From Escherichia phage TR3, in the sequence record PP069512: DNA of 44,747 nt. The stretch is one strand, 5' to 3'. The notes beneath the pieces are model-generated. The model was given only the letters and a program-made list of their open reading frames with translations, was not told the DNA's origin and made no database searches. Shown in pieces: positions 9,014-18,533 of the stretch. Position 1 is the first letter of the stretch. Each line of letters starts with the position of its first letter. Position numbers and translations under genes: made by a program.

Positions 9014-9223
9014 ATGAAAAGTAAATTTATTGAATGCGTAAGATCTAGCGAATACTGGAATTTGACTATTGGTGATATCTACACTTTAAATCTCGATGGA
9101 GATGAGTCAGAATTATTCATAAAAGATGACATGGGAACAAAGCTACACCTTGAATACCTTCCTGAGTCATCAATGCTAAGCTTAATTGCGGACCATGATT
9201 GTATTTTTACTCATATCGATTAA
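9014..9223 (+). CDS. hypothetical protein (69 aa), moron-like insertion between gpL and gpK homologs
   Basis: AT-rich island with its own promoter box and terminator; RBS AGGA. Confidence 0.5.
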   Translation: MKSKFIECVRSSEYWNLTIGDIYTLNLDGDESELFIKDDMGTKLHLEYLPESSMLSLIADHDCIFTHID

Positions 9224-9248
9224 AACAAAGCAAGATTAGTGTTAAACT

Positions 9249-9276
9249 AGGTCAATCGAGAGATTGGCCTTTTTTA
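9249..9276 (+). terminator. intrinsic terminator / attenuator
   Basis: AGGTCAATC-GAGA-GATTGGCCT hairpin then TTTTTTATTGGAG. Confidence 0.5.
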
Positions 9277-9287
9277 TTGGAGACAAA

Positions 9288-10034
9288 ATGCTAACACCAA
9301 AAGTTAAATTAGAAATCATGCGCCACGCCAAAGAGGATTACCCTAATGAATGTTGCGGAGTAGTAACCCAAAAAGGTATGGCTCAGAAGTACCATCGAAT
9401 CACTAACACATCTAAAGACCCTGAGAATGAATTCATTCTTGATGCCAGTGGGTACATGAAGATTAGCGATGAGGAGCGAGTTGTGTACATTGTCCACTCA
9501 CACACTGGGGATGGGGCCACCACCAGACCTAGTCCAGCAGATATATGCAGTTGCAATGAGTGCGAGATTCCTTATGTAATTGTTAGTTACCCTGAGGGTG
9601 ATATGCGAATCCTTGAGCCAGAGGACATGCCGTTAGCAGGAAGGCCGTGGGGTTTGGGTAGCTTTGATTGCTGGGGGTTGATTATGGCATTCCACGCAAA
9701 ACACGGCGTCAAACTGGCTGACTACCGCGTTAATTACCCGTGGTGGAACAAGGAGTATGGTGAAAATATATATGATGACAATTGGATTAAGGAAGGATTT
9801 GAGCTACTAGAAACTGATGATATTCCTGTTGGCTCCATGATTATGATGCAGATTCAAAGTGAGACCACGAATCACGCAGGAATCTATATTGGCGATAACA
9901 AATTCTTGCACCATCTTTACGGGAAGATGAGTAAAGTTGATACCTATAGTGATTATTGGCGCGAGCGTACGGTTCGCATTGTTCGCCACAAAGATTTACC
10001 AGAAGGAGCAAACTACAATGCAGAGACTGATTAA
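9288..10034 (+). CDS. tail assembly protein (lambda gpK-like; JAB/MPN + NlpC/P60 domains)
   Basis: JAMM-like motif HSHTGDGATTRPSPAD; C-terminal Cys/His region DCWGL...H; ATG 9288 with RBS GGAG (track start 9264 is TTG inside the terminator). Confidence 0.8.
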   Translation: MLTPKVKLEIMRHAKEDYPNECCGVVTQKGMAQKYHRITNTSKDPENEFILDASGYMKISDEERVVYIVHSHTGDGATTRPSPADICSCNECEIPYVIVSYPEGDMRILEPEDMPLAGRPWGLGSFDCWGLIMAFHAKHGVKLADYRVNYPWWNKEYGENIYDDNWIKEGFELLETDDIPVGSMIMMQIQSETTNHAGIYIGDNKFLHHLYGKMSKVDTYSDYWRERTVRIVRHKDLPEGANYNAETD

Positions 10035-10593
10035 AATTAAATTGGGCTTATCTCTTGGCAGGAAGTACGGAAAGATTCATGAACTTTGCGTTGAGTCAGT
10101 CCCTGAGGCGTTAAGGGCATTATCTGTGAACATTCCAGCATTCAAAGAGTTTATGCAGAGCCATGTCGGGCAGAATACCAGGTTTGCAATCTTCGCGGAC
10201 GGCAAGAACCTTAACGAACATCGCATTAAAGACTTTAAGGCCGTAAAGGAGATTCGCATCATGCCAATCCCTCAGGGCCGAAAGAGTGGTGGGCTGTTCC
10301 AGACTGTTTTGGGGGCCGCACTAATTGGTGCTAGCTTCTTCTTTACTGGTGGTATTGCAACGGCTGTTCTTGGTGCTGGCATTTCACTTGCTGCTGGCGG
10401 TATTGCTCAGTTGCTTTCACCGCAGGCAACGGGACTTAGAAACCAGGAGTCCGCACAAAACAGGGCTTCATATGCATTTGGCTCTGCGGTTAACACCGTC
10501 GCGGCTGGTTATCCAGTATGCCTACCTTATGGCTACCGAAGCGTTGGCGGCTCTGTATTTAGCGCCGGCAGTTACGCTCAAGATATTGCATAA
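10018..10593 (+). CDS. tail assembly protein (lambda gpI-like)
   Basis: ATG 10018 with RBS AAGGAG; overlaps K-like gene as in lambda; Gly/Ala-rich hydrophobic C-terminus. Confidence 0.65.
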   Translation: MQRLIKIKLGLSLGRKYGKIHELCVESVPEALRALSVNIPAFKEFMQSHVGQNTRFAIFADGKNLNEHRIKDFKAVKEIRIMPIPQGRKSGGLFQTVLGAALIGASFFFTGGIATAVLGAGISLAAGGIAQLLSPQATGLRNQESAQNRASYAFGSAVNTVAAGYPVCLPYGYRSVGGSVFSAGSYAQDIA

Positions 10594-10600
10594 ATCAAAG

Positions 10601-10622
10601 CCCGCCTAGTGCGGGTTTTTTA
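10601..10622 (+). terminator. intrinsic terminator
   Basis: CCCGC-CTAGT-GCGGG hairpin then TTTTTTATTT. Confidence 0.65.
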
Positions 10623-10672
10623 TTTAGTGTAGAATGGCACAAACAGTCGAAAACAAAACAGGATAATGTGAT

Positions 10673-13600
10673 ATGGCGCAGGACATTAAAATTTACGGCA
10701 GTAAGGGCGGGCAACCGAAGCAGCACCAGCCTGTAGAGCAACCTGACAACCTAATATCTGTAAACAAGGTTAAGGTTTTACTGGCCGTTTCTGATGGCGA
10801 GGTCGATAATTCGTTCTCACTAAAGGATCTGTATCTCGCTGACGTTCCGGTTCAGAATCAGAATGGAACATACAACTACGAGGGTGTAACGGCAGAATTT
10901 CGCCCAGGCACACAGAGTCAGGACTACATTGCCGGGCTAGAGGGCGCGAACTCAGAGGTGCAGGTTAACAGGGAAATATCCAACTCAACACCTTACATCA
11001 TTGCCGTTAACAACACTCAGCTATCAGCAATCAGGGTTAAGCTGTTCTGGCCTCGATTAATTAAACAAGAGAACAATGGCGACCTGAACGGAACATCTTG
11101 CGAGTATGCGATTGACCTGTCCGTTGATGGCGCTACATACACTGAATACACTCGAGGCGTGGCTAATGGCAAGACAACCAGCGGATACGACAGGAGCATT
11201 AGGGTTAATCTTCCTGCTGAGTTCTCGAGTGCGTTGGTGAGGGTTCGTAAGATCACGGCAGATTCAGAAAGTTCGACGCTGGTTAACGACATGCAAATTA
11301 CGACCTATCAGGAAGTAATCGACGCCAAGTTCCGCTACCCACTTACAGCGCTGGTTTACGTTGAGTTTAGTTCTGACCTCTTCCCTAACGGAATCCCGAC
11401 GATTTCAATCAAGAAGAGGTGGAAGTTGATTCGCGTTCCGACCAACTACAACCCAGAGACAAGGACTTATAGCGGAACCTGGAACGGAACATTTAAGATG
11501 GCTTACTCCAACAACCCAGCCTGGGTTCTTTACGATCTGGTAACGAATCAGCGTTACGGTCTGGACCAGCGTGAGCTTGGTATCACGATTGATAAGTGGG
11601 GTCTGTATGAAGCTGCGCAGTTCTGTGACCAGATGGTTCCAGATGGCAAGGGTGGGATGGAGCCTAGATACCTGTGCGACGTTGTTATTCAGCAGAAGGT
11701 TGAAGCGTATCAGGTAATCCGTGACATTTGCTCTATCTTCCGTGGGTTAACCTTTTATGATGGCGAGCAGATAGGGATTGTTGTCGATAAGCCACGCCAG
11801 CCTTCATACGTCTTTACCAACGACAACGTTGTTGATGGTCTGTTTAACCGCACGTTTGGTAGCGACAAGTCACTGTACACAGTCGCTAACGTTCAGTTTG
11901 ATGACGTTGAAAACTCATACCAACAGGATGTTGAGCCAGTATTCGAACTGGAGGCAACAAGGCGTTTCGGTTACAACCCGGTTGACCTGACAGCCATTGG
12001 GTGCACTCGCAGGAGTGAAGCAAACCGCCGTGGTCGATGGCTGTTAAAGACAAACCTCCGCAGTGAGACAGTCAGCTTCACTACAGGTCTGGAAGGGATG
12101 ATACCTATGATTGGTGAGGTGATTGCGGTTAATGACCAGGCCTGGTCTAGCAACTACACCCTCAACCTCTCTGGTCGCATCGAGTCAGTGAGTGGGTTAC
12201 AGGTTTTTGTGCCGTTTAAAATTGATGCTGCTGCTGGCGACAGGATTCTAATTAACAAGCCTGACGGCATGCCTGAGTACAGGACAATTGCATCTGTATC
12301 TGAAGATGGAATGACGCTGCAACTTAACACAGCTTTTAGCTTTACTCCTCAGCCGGATACTGTGTTCGCGATTGATAAGGAAAATCTGGCGCTTCAGCAG
12401 TATGTTGTTACCGGGATTCAAAAAGCTGATAGCGATGGAGATGATGCTTTTGGCTACACGATTACGGCAGTTGAGTACGACCCGAACAAATACGACGAGA
12501 TTGATTACGGCGTAAACATTCAGGACAGACCAACGTCAATCGTTGAACCAGATACATTACTGGCGCCAGAGAATGTTCAGGTGAGCAGCTACAGCAAGGT
12601 TGTGCAGGGTTTATCAGTTGAAACAATGATAATCACCTGGGATAAGGTTCAATACGCTAAGACCTACACAGTCCAATGGAGAAAGGAGAATGGAAACTGG
12701 ATTAACGTACCGCGCACAGCGAATACAGAGATTGATATCGAAGGTATTTACGCAGGAATTTATGACGTTAGGGTTCGCAGCGTATCAGATACTGAAAACG
12801 TGTCTGCCTGGTCTGGTATTGTAACGGTATCGCTAACTGGCAAGATTGGTCGCCCATCGGCACCTACGGTTATCACGGCGTCAACTGATGAAGTATTTGG
12901 TATCCGTGTTAAATGGGGATTCCCTGAAGGCTCTGGCGATACTGCTTACACTGAGCTTCAGCAGGTTCCAGATAATGGTGATGGTACTTACAATCCTGAT
13001 AATGCAAGTTTGCTTACGTTACTTCCTTATCCTGCCTACGAATACTGGCATACGCCAATTCAGCCAGGTAAGGTGATTTGGTATCGCGCAAGATTGATTG
13101 ACAGAATCGGAAATACCTCTGATTGGTCTAATTTCGCAAGAGGCATGAGTACTGACGACGCAAACATTATCAATGATTTCATCAAGGTTGATATTGAAGG
13201 TTCAGAAGGATTCAAATACCTCGAGCAGAATGCGATTCAAAAGAATCAGGACATTCAGAATCAAGCTGAGGCAATTATCGAGAACGCACTGGCTAATGAT
13301 GGCGATGTTCGCAGAATGACAAAGGAGAACGGCAAGCGTAAGGCTGAATATGTTCAGGCTGTGAATCTCATAGCCGATGAAACTCAGGCGCGCGTAGAGG
13401 CTCTAACGGCCCTTAAGGCGCAGATAGATGATGAAGTTGTAGCATCGATTACAGAAGTTCAGACTGCATTAGCCACAGAGACAGAAGCAAGGACTACTGC
13501 AGACACGACTCTATCAGCAAGACTTGGTGAAAATGAGGCGGCTTTAAACCAGAAGCTGGACGCATTCTCTAATGCCACATCGACTGGTGTGCAGTACGGA

Positions 13601-13990
13601 ATTAGTCTTGGCCTGAAATACAATGGACAGACTTATTCATCCGGTATGAGCATGGAGCTTGTCGGCACTGGTGACAATGTTCGTAGTCAATTCATTTTTG
13701 ACGCAAACAGATTCGCTATCAGTAACGGCATTGGTTCCGGCTCCGGTCAGTGGCAACTCCCCTTCGTTGTCGAGAATGGAAACGTAATCATCAAGAGTGC
13801 AGTTATCGGCGATGGCTCAATCAGTAACGCGAAGATTGGTAACTTTATTCAGTCTAATGACTGGGGTACAAATTCAGGCTGGAGGCTAGATAAGGATGAT
13901 GGATTGACGCTTAGGGGTTCCGATCGTGGCAAGATGAGAGTCCTGGACCGGAATGGAGTGGTTAGGGTAAAATTAGGATACTTGGGTTAA
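10673..13990 (+). CDS. central tail fiber / host specificity protein (lambda gpJ-like)
   Basis: 1105 aa; follows M/L/K/I homologs; fibronectin-III-like middle region; C-terminal receptor-binding-type domain. Confidence 0.85.
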   Translation: MAQDIKIYGSKGGQPKQHQPVEQPDNLISVNKVKVLLAVSDGEVDNSFSLKDLYLADVPVQNQNGTYNYEGVTAEFRPGTQSQDYIAGLEGANSEVQVNREISNSTPYIIAVNNTQLSAIRVKLFWPRLIKQENNGDLNGTSCEYAIDLSVDGATYTEYTRGVANGKTTSGYDRSIRVNLPAEFSSALVRVRKITADSESSTLVNDMQITTYQEVIDAKFRYPLTALVYVEFSSDLFPNGIPTISIKKRWKLIRVPTNYNPETRTYSGTWNGTFKMAYSNNPAWVLYDLVTNQRYGLDQRELGITIDKWGLYEAAQFCDQMVPDGKGGMEPRYLCDVVIQQKVEAYQVIRDICSIFRGLTFYDGEQIGIVVDKPRQPSYVFTNDNVVDGLFNRTFGSDKSLYTVANVQFDDVENSYQQDVEPVFELEATRRFGYNPVDLTAIGCTRRSEANRRGRWLLKTNLRSETVSFTTGLEGMIPMIGEVIAVNDQAWSSNYTLNLSGRIESVSGLQVFVPFKIDAAAGDRILINKPDGMPEYRTIASVSEDGMTLQLNTAFSFTPQPDTVFAIDKENLALQQYVVTGIQKADSDGDDAFGYTITAVEYDPNKYDEIDYGVNIQDRPTSIVEPDTLLAPENVQVSSYSKVVQGLSVETMIITWDKVQYAKTYTVQWRKENGNWINVPRTANTEIDIEGIYAGIYDVRVRSVSDTENVSAWSGIVTVSLTGKIGRPSAPTVITASTDEVFGIRVKWGFPEGSGDTAYTELQQVPDNGDGTYNPDNASLLTLLPYPAYEYWHTPIQPGKVIWYRARLIDRIGNTSDWSNFARGMSTDDANIINDFIKVDIEGSEGFKYLEQNAIQKNQDIQNQAEAIIENALANDGDVRRMTKENGKRKAEYVQAVNLIADETQARVEALTALKAQIDDEVVASITEVQTALATETEARTTADTTLSARLGENEAALNQKLDAFSNATSTGVQYGISLGLKYNGQTYSSGMSMELVGTGDNVRSQFIFDANRFAISNGIGSGSGQWQLPFVVENGNVIIKSAVIGDGSISNAKIGNFIQSNDWGTNSGWRLDKDDGLTLRGSDRGKMRVLDRNGVVRVKLGYLG

Positions 13991-13999
13991 TAAATTATT

Positions 14000-14029
14000 G
14001 GCGGGTAAATCCCGCCTAAGGTTTTATTT
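14000..14029 (+). terminator. intrinsic terminator
   Basis: GGCGGG-TAAAT-CCCGCC hairpin then T-rich tract. Confidence 0.6.
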
Positions 14030-14031
14030 GT

Positions 14032-14403
14032 ATGACTGGTTTGTATGGTTGGGAGATGTACGATTCTGCGGGGCGGCTTGTAGCTGACAATAGCAGCATA
14101 ATGAGCAGGAGGCTATTCACTTATAGCGTGCCACTGATAAGGGCTTTATCTGCAAACATACCATGGGAAGTCTCATTTAATGTTAACTTCTCAAATGGAA
14201 CGCCTTATGCGCATTGCAATACCAGAACAGGGGTGGTGGTCCCTGCATCTACTAACTGGTATCCAGTATCACCTGATATAATAATATCTGGAAATGCAGT
14301 TACACTCAGGTATACAAACAGGCATGTTTCCTATCCGGACGATCTTGGGTACATACTTGCAGTTGGTGGTGTTGATGTTCACTTAGGAGTTTATAATAAA
14401 TGA
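14032..14403 (+). CDS. hypothetical protein (possible tail-fiber-associated)
   Basis: 123-aa ORF downstream of J in an AT-rich segment; no clear RBS, start uncertain. Confidence 0.4.
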   Translation: MTGLYGWEMYDSAGRLVADNSSIMSRRLFTYSVPLIRALSANIPWEVSFNVNFSNGTPYAHCNTRTGVVVPASTNWYPVSPDIIISGNAVTLRYTNRHVSYPDDLGYILAVGGVDVHLGVYNK

Positions 14404-15197
14404 GTGATTATGGTGTTGAACTAATAAATGACTATGGTTTAAAGGTTGCTGACGCAGAGGATGTAAATTACGTACTAAGAAGTTCTGGTACATTTAATGA
14501 TTCAAATTTCTACTCATATGCAAACTCCACATCTGCAATTAGCCTCATGACCACAGGAATGAATTCGCCTCTTCTATTTCTAAAGATGAACGAAAGTAGG
14601 TCAAGGATAAGCCAGAAGCCTGGAGTTAACAAAATATCACCTGATTTTGTTAACCCAAATACCACAATAACAAAGACAAGCATAGACCTATTCAAGTGGT
14701 GGAACATACCGCTAGGAACTGTAGAGTATTACATATTTGACAAGTGGATCCCGCCAGAAAGAAGTGATTATGGAATGCAGATATTTAATGAATCTGGTTC
14801 TATAATCTTTGATTCTGGCTGGTACTTCCTCAAACTTAGGGATGTGCTATGGCTTGATCCAAGTTATCCAAACCATTCAGATCAGGAAGGTGGTAGTAAC
14901 TGGACTAACGTCGGGAATATTGTCAACTCCGCGAACGTATCAAACTCAGCATTATCAATGCCTGTTGGTAGGGGGTGGGTTGAAACATCATTGCAGGGTG
15001 GGTACTACTATAATGAATGCTGTCACCTTGACTCATCCGGTAATCTATTTATATCCATAATACCTACAGGTATATACCTTGATGTTTCACCAACTGGCGG
15101 CTGGGTTGGCAATATGAGGACGCAAGTTATGGTTTGCGACACCTCGAGGCTGCCTCTTAATTACAATCCAGTTGAGATAAGAAAGGAAAACAAATAA
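14400..15197 (+). CDS. hypothetical protein (265 aa, possible receptor-binding accessory)
   Basis: ATGA overlap with upstream ORF; RBS AGGAG; AT-rich, Asn/Ser/Tyr-rich. Confidence 0.5.
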   Translation: MSDYGVELINDYGLKVADAEDVNYVLRSSGTFNDSNFYSYANSTSAISLMTTGMNSPLLFLKMNESRSRISQKPGVNKISPDFVNPNTTITKTSIDLFKWWNIPLGTVEYYIFDKWIPPERSDYGMQIFNESGSIIFDSGWYFLKLRDVLWLDPSYPNHSDQEGGSNWTNVGNIVNSANVSNSALSMPVGRGWVETSLQGGYYYNECCHLDSSGNLFISIIPTGIYLDVSPTGGWVGNMRTQVMVCDTSRLPLNYNPVEIRKENK

Positions 15198-15201
15198 AAA
15201 T

Positions 15202-15220
15202 AAGGCCCTTAATGGGCCTT
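15202..15220. terminator. bidirectional terminator between convergent genes
   Basis: AAGGCCC-TTAAT-GGGCCTT hairpin flanked by A-tract and T-tract; contains stop codon of lipoprotein gene. Confidence 0.6.
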
Positions 15221-15394
15221 CTTGTTAAAACAATATCCAGCTGGTAAAACCGAATAAAGATTTTGATTTACCTCTCCATTGCTGTATTCACAACCTCTAA
15301 TTGTAACTGAGTAGTCACTGATAAGAACTATAGTTCTTTCACCGCCTGAACAACCAGCTAAAATCATTGCAGTGATAACGATTAATTTTTTCAT
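15209..15394 (-). CDS. small lipoprotein (candidate Cor/Llp-like superinfection exclusion protein)
   Basis: Signal peptide with lipobox LAGC (MKKLIVITAMILAGCSGG); 3 further Cys in 46-aa mature part; next to receptor-binding genes. Confidence 0.6.
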   Translation of the reverse strand: MKKLIVITAMILAGCSGGERTIVLISDYSVTIRGCEYSNGEVNQNLYSVLPAGYCFNKKAH

Positions 15395-15395
15395 C

Positions 15396-15500
15396 TTAGA
15401 ACCCTTTAAAGTTGCTAGCCAGCATCAGAAGCCATACGAAGAAACCAGTAGCTGCTACACCGAAGATTGCAGAGATTACGTTAGTAGTTAAGTTAGTCAT
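15396..15500 (-). CDS. small single-pass membrane peptide (34 aa)
   Basis: Not in ORF track; MTNLTTNVISAIFGVAATGFFVWLLMLASNFKGF; RBS AAGGA 7 nt upstream; its stop abuts lipoprotein start. Confidence 0.45.
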   Translation of the reverse strand: MTNLTTNVISAIFGVAATGFFVWLLMLASNFKGF

Positions 15501-15583
15501 TTTGTATTCCTTAGTAAGTGTGTTTCGTTTCGATGGAAAGATAATACCGCATCCTTGCGATAAGTGTTTAGCAATTAGTGCTA

Positions 15584-15853
15584 TTAGTGAATATCCTCAC
15601 AGCCAGGAATGGACTTAACATTGTAATGCCGATAAGCGAATATCAAGTTAAGAGCCTGCTCGACCGTGCATTTAAGGGCGCCAGAGATAATAAATGAAGA
15701 CTCAGTGATGTGATTTATTAACTCATTTCTGACAGGGTCGTCATCTGCTAGTAACTCTGCGCGCTTAACAAAAAGAGCGTTGTTTACCAGGATTGTCACA
15801 ACCTTTTCATTGAGCTCTTTCTTCGCTTTTGCAATCTCTTTCTCGTAGTTCAT
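15584..15853 (-). CDS. hypothetical protein (89 aa), first gene of leftward lipoprotein cassette
   Basis: ORF with AAGGCGG-like RBS. Confidence 0.5.
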   Translation of the reverse strand: MNYEKEIAKAKKELNEKVVTILVNNALFVKRAELLADDDPVRNELINHITESSFIISGALKCTVEQALNLIFAYRHYNVKSIPGCEDIH

Positions 15854-15995
15854 CTTATACCGCCTTGTTTTCGATTTGCATTACGCTATTAACTGACATC
15901 ATAACATTCCGATTCTGCTGCTGAGTAGTGGTTACTACATGCTGCATTTTATTGCAGTCACTTTAAATGACCACATCTTATTGTGGTCATTAGTG

Positions 15996-16685
15996 CTACT
16001 TATCTTTAAGTAGCAACTTGATATCAATTCCTAGATTATTCTCAATCAATCCAGTCAGTGCACCTACCTTTTCCTTAAGTGCGAAGCACTGTGTTTCATA
16101 CTTGAATCTCAACTCCATCTCATCAGAGCGACTTGACCAGCACTGCCGAGCCTCGCACGCTAGCTCATCAATCTTCTTGTCAAGTTCCTTATCTGACAGG
16201 GTGATTTCAGTAATTCGCTGCTCAGCTACGATTCTCTGGATCAAGTGAGCATTCTGCGCTTGCAGGTATCCATTCTTCATTCTTTCCTCTTTAAGTTCAT
16301 CAATGCTTACCATCTGACTGATTACTTCCGCTTGCTTGTTGATGGTGCTTTGCATTTCTTTAAGCTTAGCAAGCACTGCGCGACGAACGAACTTTGATTC
16401 TCTCATCCCAATCAAAAGCATCTGTTCCATATTGAGCACTGGTGAGTTGATTGACTTTCTATAACCTCCTCTACCCTCACTCTTGATTACGAAACTTTCG
16501 TAGTCAAACTCAAACCCTTCAAGCTCATCCTCTATTCTCTCAACAAAGTCATTGTGTCGAACATTGGACTCCCCAGCGATCAACATCGCTGGGTTGATAA
16601 CTTCATTTAAAAACTGATAACTATTCATTTTTACGTCTTCATTAAGTAATGCTAAGTTCATTTTCGTCTCTCTTTTGTTTTTCAT
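15996..16685 (-). CDS. hypothetical regulatory-like protein with coiled-coil C-terminus (start may be 16661)
   Basis: 229-aa ORF downstream of promoter box at 16791-16810; function not recognisable. Confidence 0.55.
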   Translation of the reverse strand: MKNKRETKMNLALLNEDVKMNSYQFLNEVINPAMLIAGESNVRHNDFVERIEDELEGFEFDYESFVIKSEGRGGYRKSINSPVLNMEQMLLIGMRESKFVRRAVLAKLKEMQSTINKQAEVISQMVSIDELKEERMKNGYLQAQNAHLIQRIVAEQRITEITLSDKELDKKIDELACEARQCWSSRSDEMELRFKYETQCFALKEKVGALTGLIENNLGIDIKLLLKDK

Positions 16686-16765
16686 TCCTAAGATTTGAGG
16701 AGTTAACTAAGTTCTTTTCCTCAATTTGAGGAGGAGTTGACAGCACCATTGCCGCCACGCGCCTA

Positions 16766-16810
16766 AATATACCTAAAGATAGCCAGTTGTCTTTAGCAAA
16801 TCGTGCTATT
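16766..16810 (-). promoter_or_regulatory. phage promoter box (minus strand), 22-bp spacer, TATATT
   Basis: rc of 16791-16810 = AATAGCACGATTTGCTAAAG; -10-like rc of 16766-16771. Confidence 0.5.
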
Positions 16811-16839
16811 TATCGACAATTTCACCATAAATCACAGTT

Positions 16840-17001
16840 ACACGTAACCGATGTAACTCGATGTATACAATCTCATCCGCGGGAAATGATATACGCGCTG
16901 TTACGCCAATTTACGCATTGGTTACATTAAAATATCTATATATATCAACCTTTTACTCTTATTATTATTATTATATATATTACTGTGTATATCATGTAAC
17001 T
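16840..17001. repeat. non-coding control element, copy A (ACACGTAACCG box, GTTACGC repeats, (ATT)5(TA)4 microsatellite, TCATGTAACT)
   Basis: Paralogous to 34915..35070 with conserved spacing (152 vs 146 bp between the two anchor boxes). Confidence 0.6.
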
Positions 17002-17229
17002 ACTTCTATAGAGTGTTCCGGTTATAATTTTAATATCATGTGGATTTATACAGTATTGCGCGGCAGCTATACCAATGCACCCTCAGCGAGAAACGGCATA
17101 CACGATATACACGATGTTTACATTGAGCTATGGCTGGCTTGAGATGCCAAAAAGCGTAACTAGTGCCAATGCCTACACGAAATTACAAAGATTCACGCGT
17201 AAACTTAAATCAACGATTGGCAAAACCAA

Positions 17230-17257
17230 TTGGACTGGTTACGGTGCTGAATATATA
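17230..17257 (+). promoter_or_regulatory. candidate sigma70 promoter (TTGGAC-N16-TATATA)
   Basis: Canonical spacing; about 40 nt upstream of ATG 17297. Confidence 0.35.
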
Positions 17258-17296
17258 GTTACCTCATCGAAAGCAATCAACCAGAGAGATATATAA

Positions 17297-17491
17297 ATGA
17301 CCTACTACATTATCAAAGAGAAAAACAACGCACTGTTCGGCGACTGCTACTTTGGAGGAGAGGCCGGTTACACCACGGATAAGAACGAAGCAGACAGATT
17401 CGAGACCAAAGGAGAAGCCCGCGATGTACTGACCGGTTACTTCACTGAAGAAGATTTGAAGTCTGTTAAAGTAGTTAAGGTCAAGGGGTGA
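17297..17491 (+). CDS. hypothetical protein (64 aa)
   Basis: First ORF of rightward recombination operon. Confidence 0.5.
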   Translation: MTYYIIKEKNNALFGDCYFGGEAGYTTDKNEADRFETKGEARDVLTGYFTEEDLKSVKVVKVKG

Positions 17492-17494
17492 GTT

Positions 17495-18460
17495 ATGAGC
17501 TTTAAAGTTTTTACGCGAGAGGAGCTAAGCAACGAGGCTTACCACGCTGAAACTGAACACATCTCAGGTAGCTCGCTTGTCGAGATTATCCAGGGATCAC
17601 CAGCCAAGTGGAAGTTTAAGCAGCGCAACAATGATAGCAAGGCGCTTAAGTTCGGCACGCTAAGCCACACGATGATTTTAGAGCAAGATGTATTCGAAAA
17701 AGAATACCTTCGCGCAACAGACCTTGACTCGATTGAAGGCTTAATTACAAGTCAGTCTGGATTATCATCAGCACTTAAAAAAGTTGGTGTAGCTGGCACG
17801 TCAGGTAAGGGGTATAGCGAGCTTATAGAGATGATGTATCGATCTGGTGAGGATTGGCCCGTTGGATGGTTAATTGAGCAGCAGGAGAGCGCCCAGGCGC
17901 TTGCGGATGGTAAGGAGCTAGTTAGCGCAGTAGACTATGACAAGGTTGTAGCGATGCGTGAGGTCCTCTGCAACATTCCGGCGTATAATGCGATCGTGAA
18001 CAGTAAGACGGCGCAGAAAGAGTTATCGATCTTCGGTGAGATTCTAGGAGTCGGCGTTAAGATTCGAATTGACCACGTTGATGTTGTTGATGGAGCAGTT
18101 CGGATCACAGATTACAAAACGACAGCAGACGCAAGCCCGGAAGGATTCGGTAAGTCAGCATTCAACCACGGATACCTTGCAAAAATGGCACTTCAGCGTG
18201 ATCTGTTTGTGAAAGCATTCAACGAGAAGCGCAAGGTTGTTGTGGGGTTGCTGGCACAGGAGAAGGTGGAGCCATACTTACCAATGCTGTACACCCTAAC
18301 TGACGAACAGCTTCGCATTGGTCGTCTCCAGTATCTTGAGGCACTTGCCACTTACAAGAAGTGCAAGGAGCTAGATATCTGGCCTGGGTACTCGAACGGC
18401 ATAACAGAGCAAGAACTACTAGTCCCTGAGTGGGCTCTAAAGCAATACAAAGAAATCTAA
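17495..18460 (+). CDS. PD-(D/E)XK exonuclease (RecB/RecE-like)
   Basis: Motifs RIDHVD ... ITDYKTT (D...D/E-x-K); adjacent to Erf-type annealing protein. Confidence 0.7.
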   Translation: MSFKVFTREELSNEAYHAETEHISGSSLVEIIQGSPAKWKFKQRNNDSKALKFGTLSHTMILEQDVFEKEYLRATDLDSIEGLITSQSGLSSALKKVGVAGTSGKGYSELIEMMYRSGEDWPVGWLIEQQESAQALADGKELVSAVDYDKVVAMREVLCNIPAYNAIVNSKTAQKELSIFGEILGVGVKIRIDHVDVVDGAVRITDYKTTADASPEGFGKSAFNHGYLAKMALQRDLFVKAFNEKRKVVVGLLAQEKVEPYLPMLYTLTDEQLRIGRLQYLEALATYKKCKELDIWPGYSNGITEQELLVPEWALKQYKEI

Positions 18461-18504
18461 ACAGCACGAATTGCTAAAACAAAACGGGATGACTTAGGTA
18501 TAGT
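18461..18504 (+). promoter_or_regulatory. phage promoter box (ACAGCACGAATTGCTA, 22-bp spacer, TATAGT)
   Basis: Box 18461-18476; -10-like 18499-18504. Confidence 0.5.
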
Positions 18505-18533
18505 TATCCAATCAACAACGAACGAGGTTAAAG

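Noticed and set aside
16861-17296. Track ORFs 16861..17142 and 17075..17296 in control region A
   Set aside because: They translate microsatellites (YYYYYIYY) and AT-rich DNA, have no RBS, and overlap repeated boxes; treated as non-coding.
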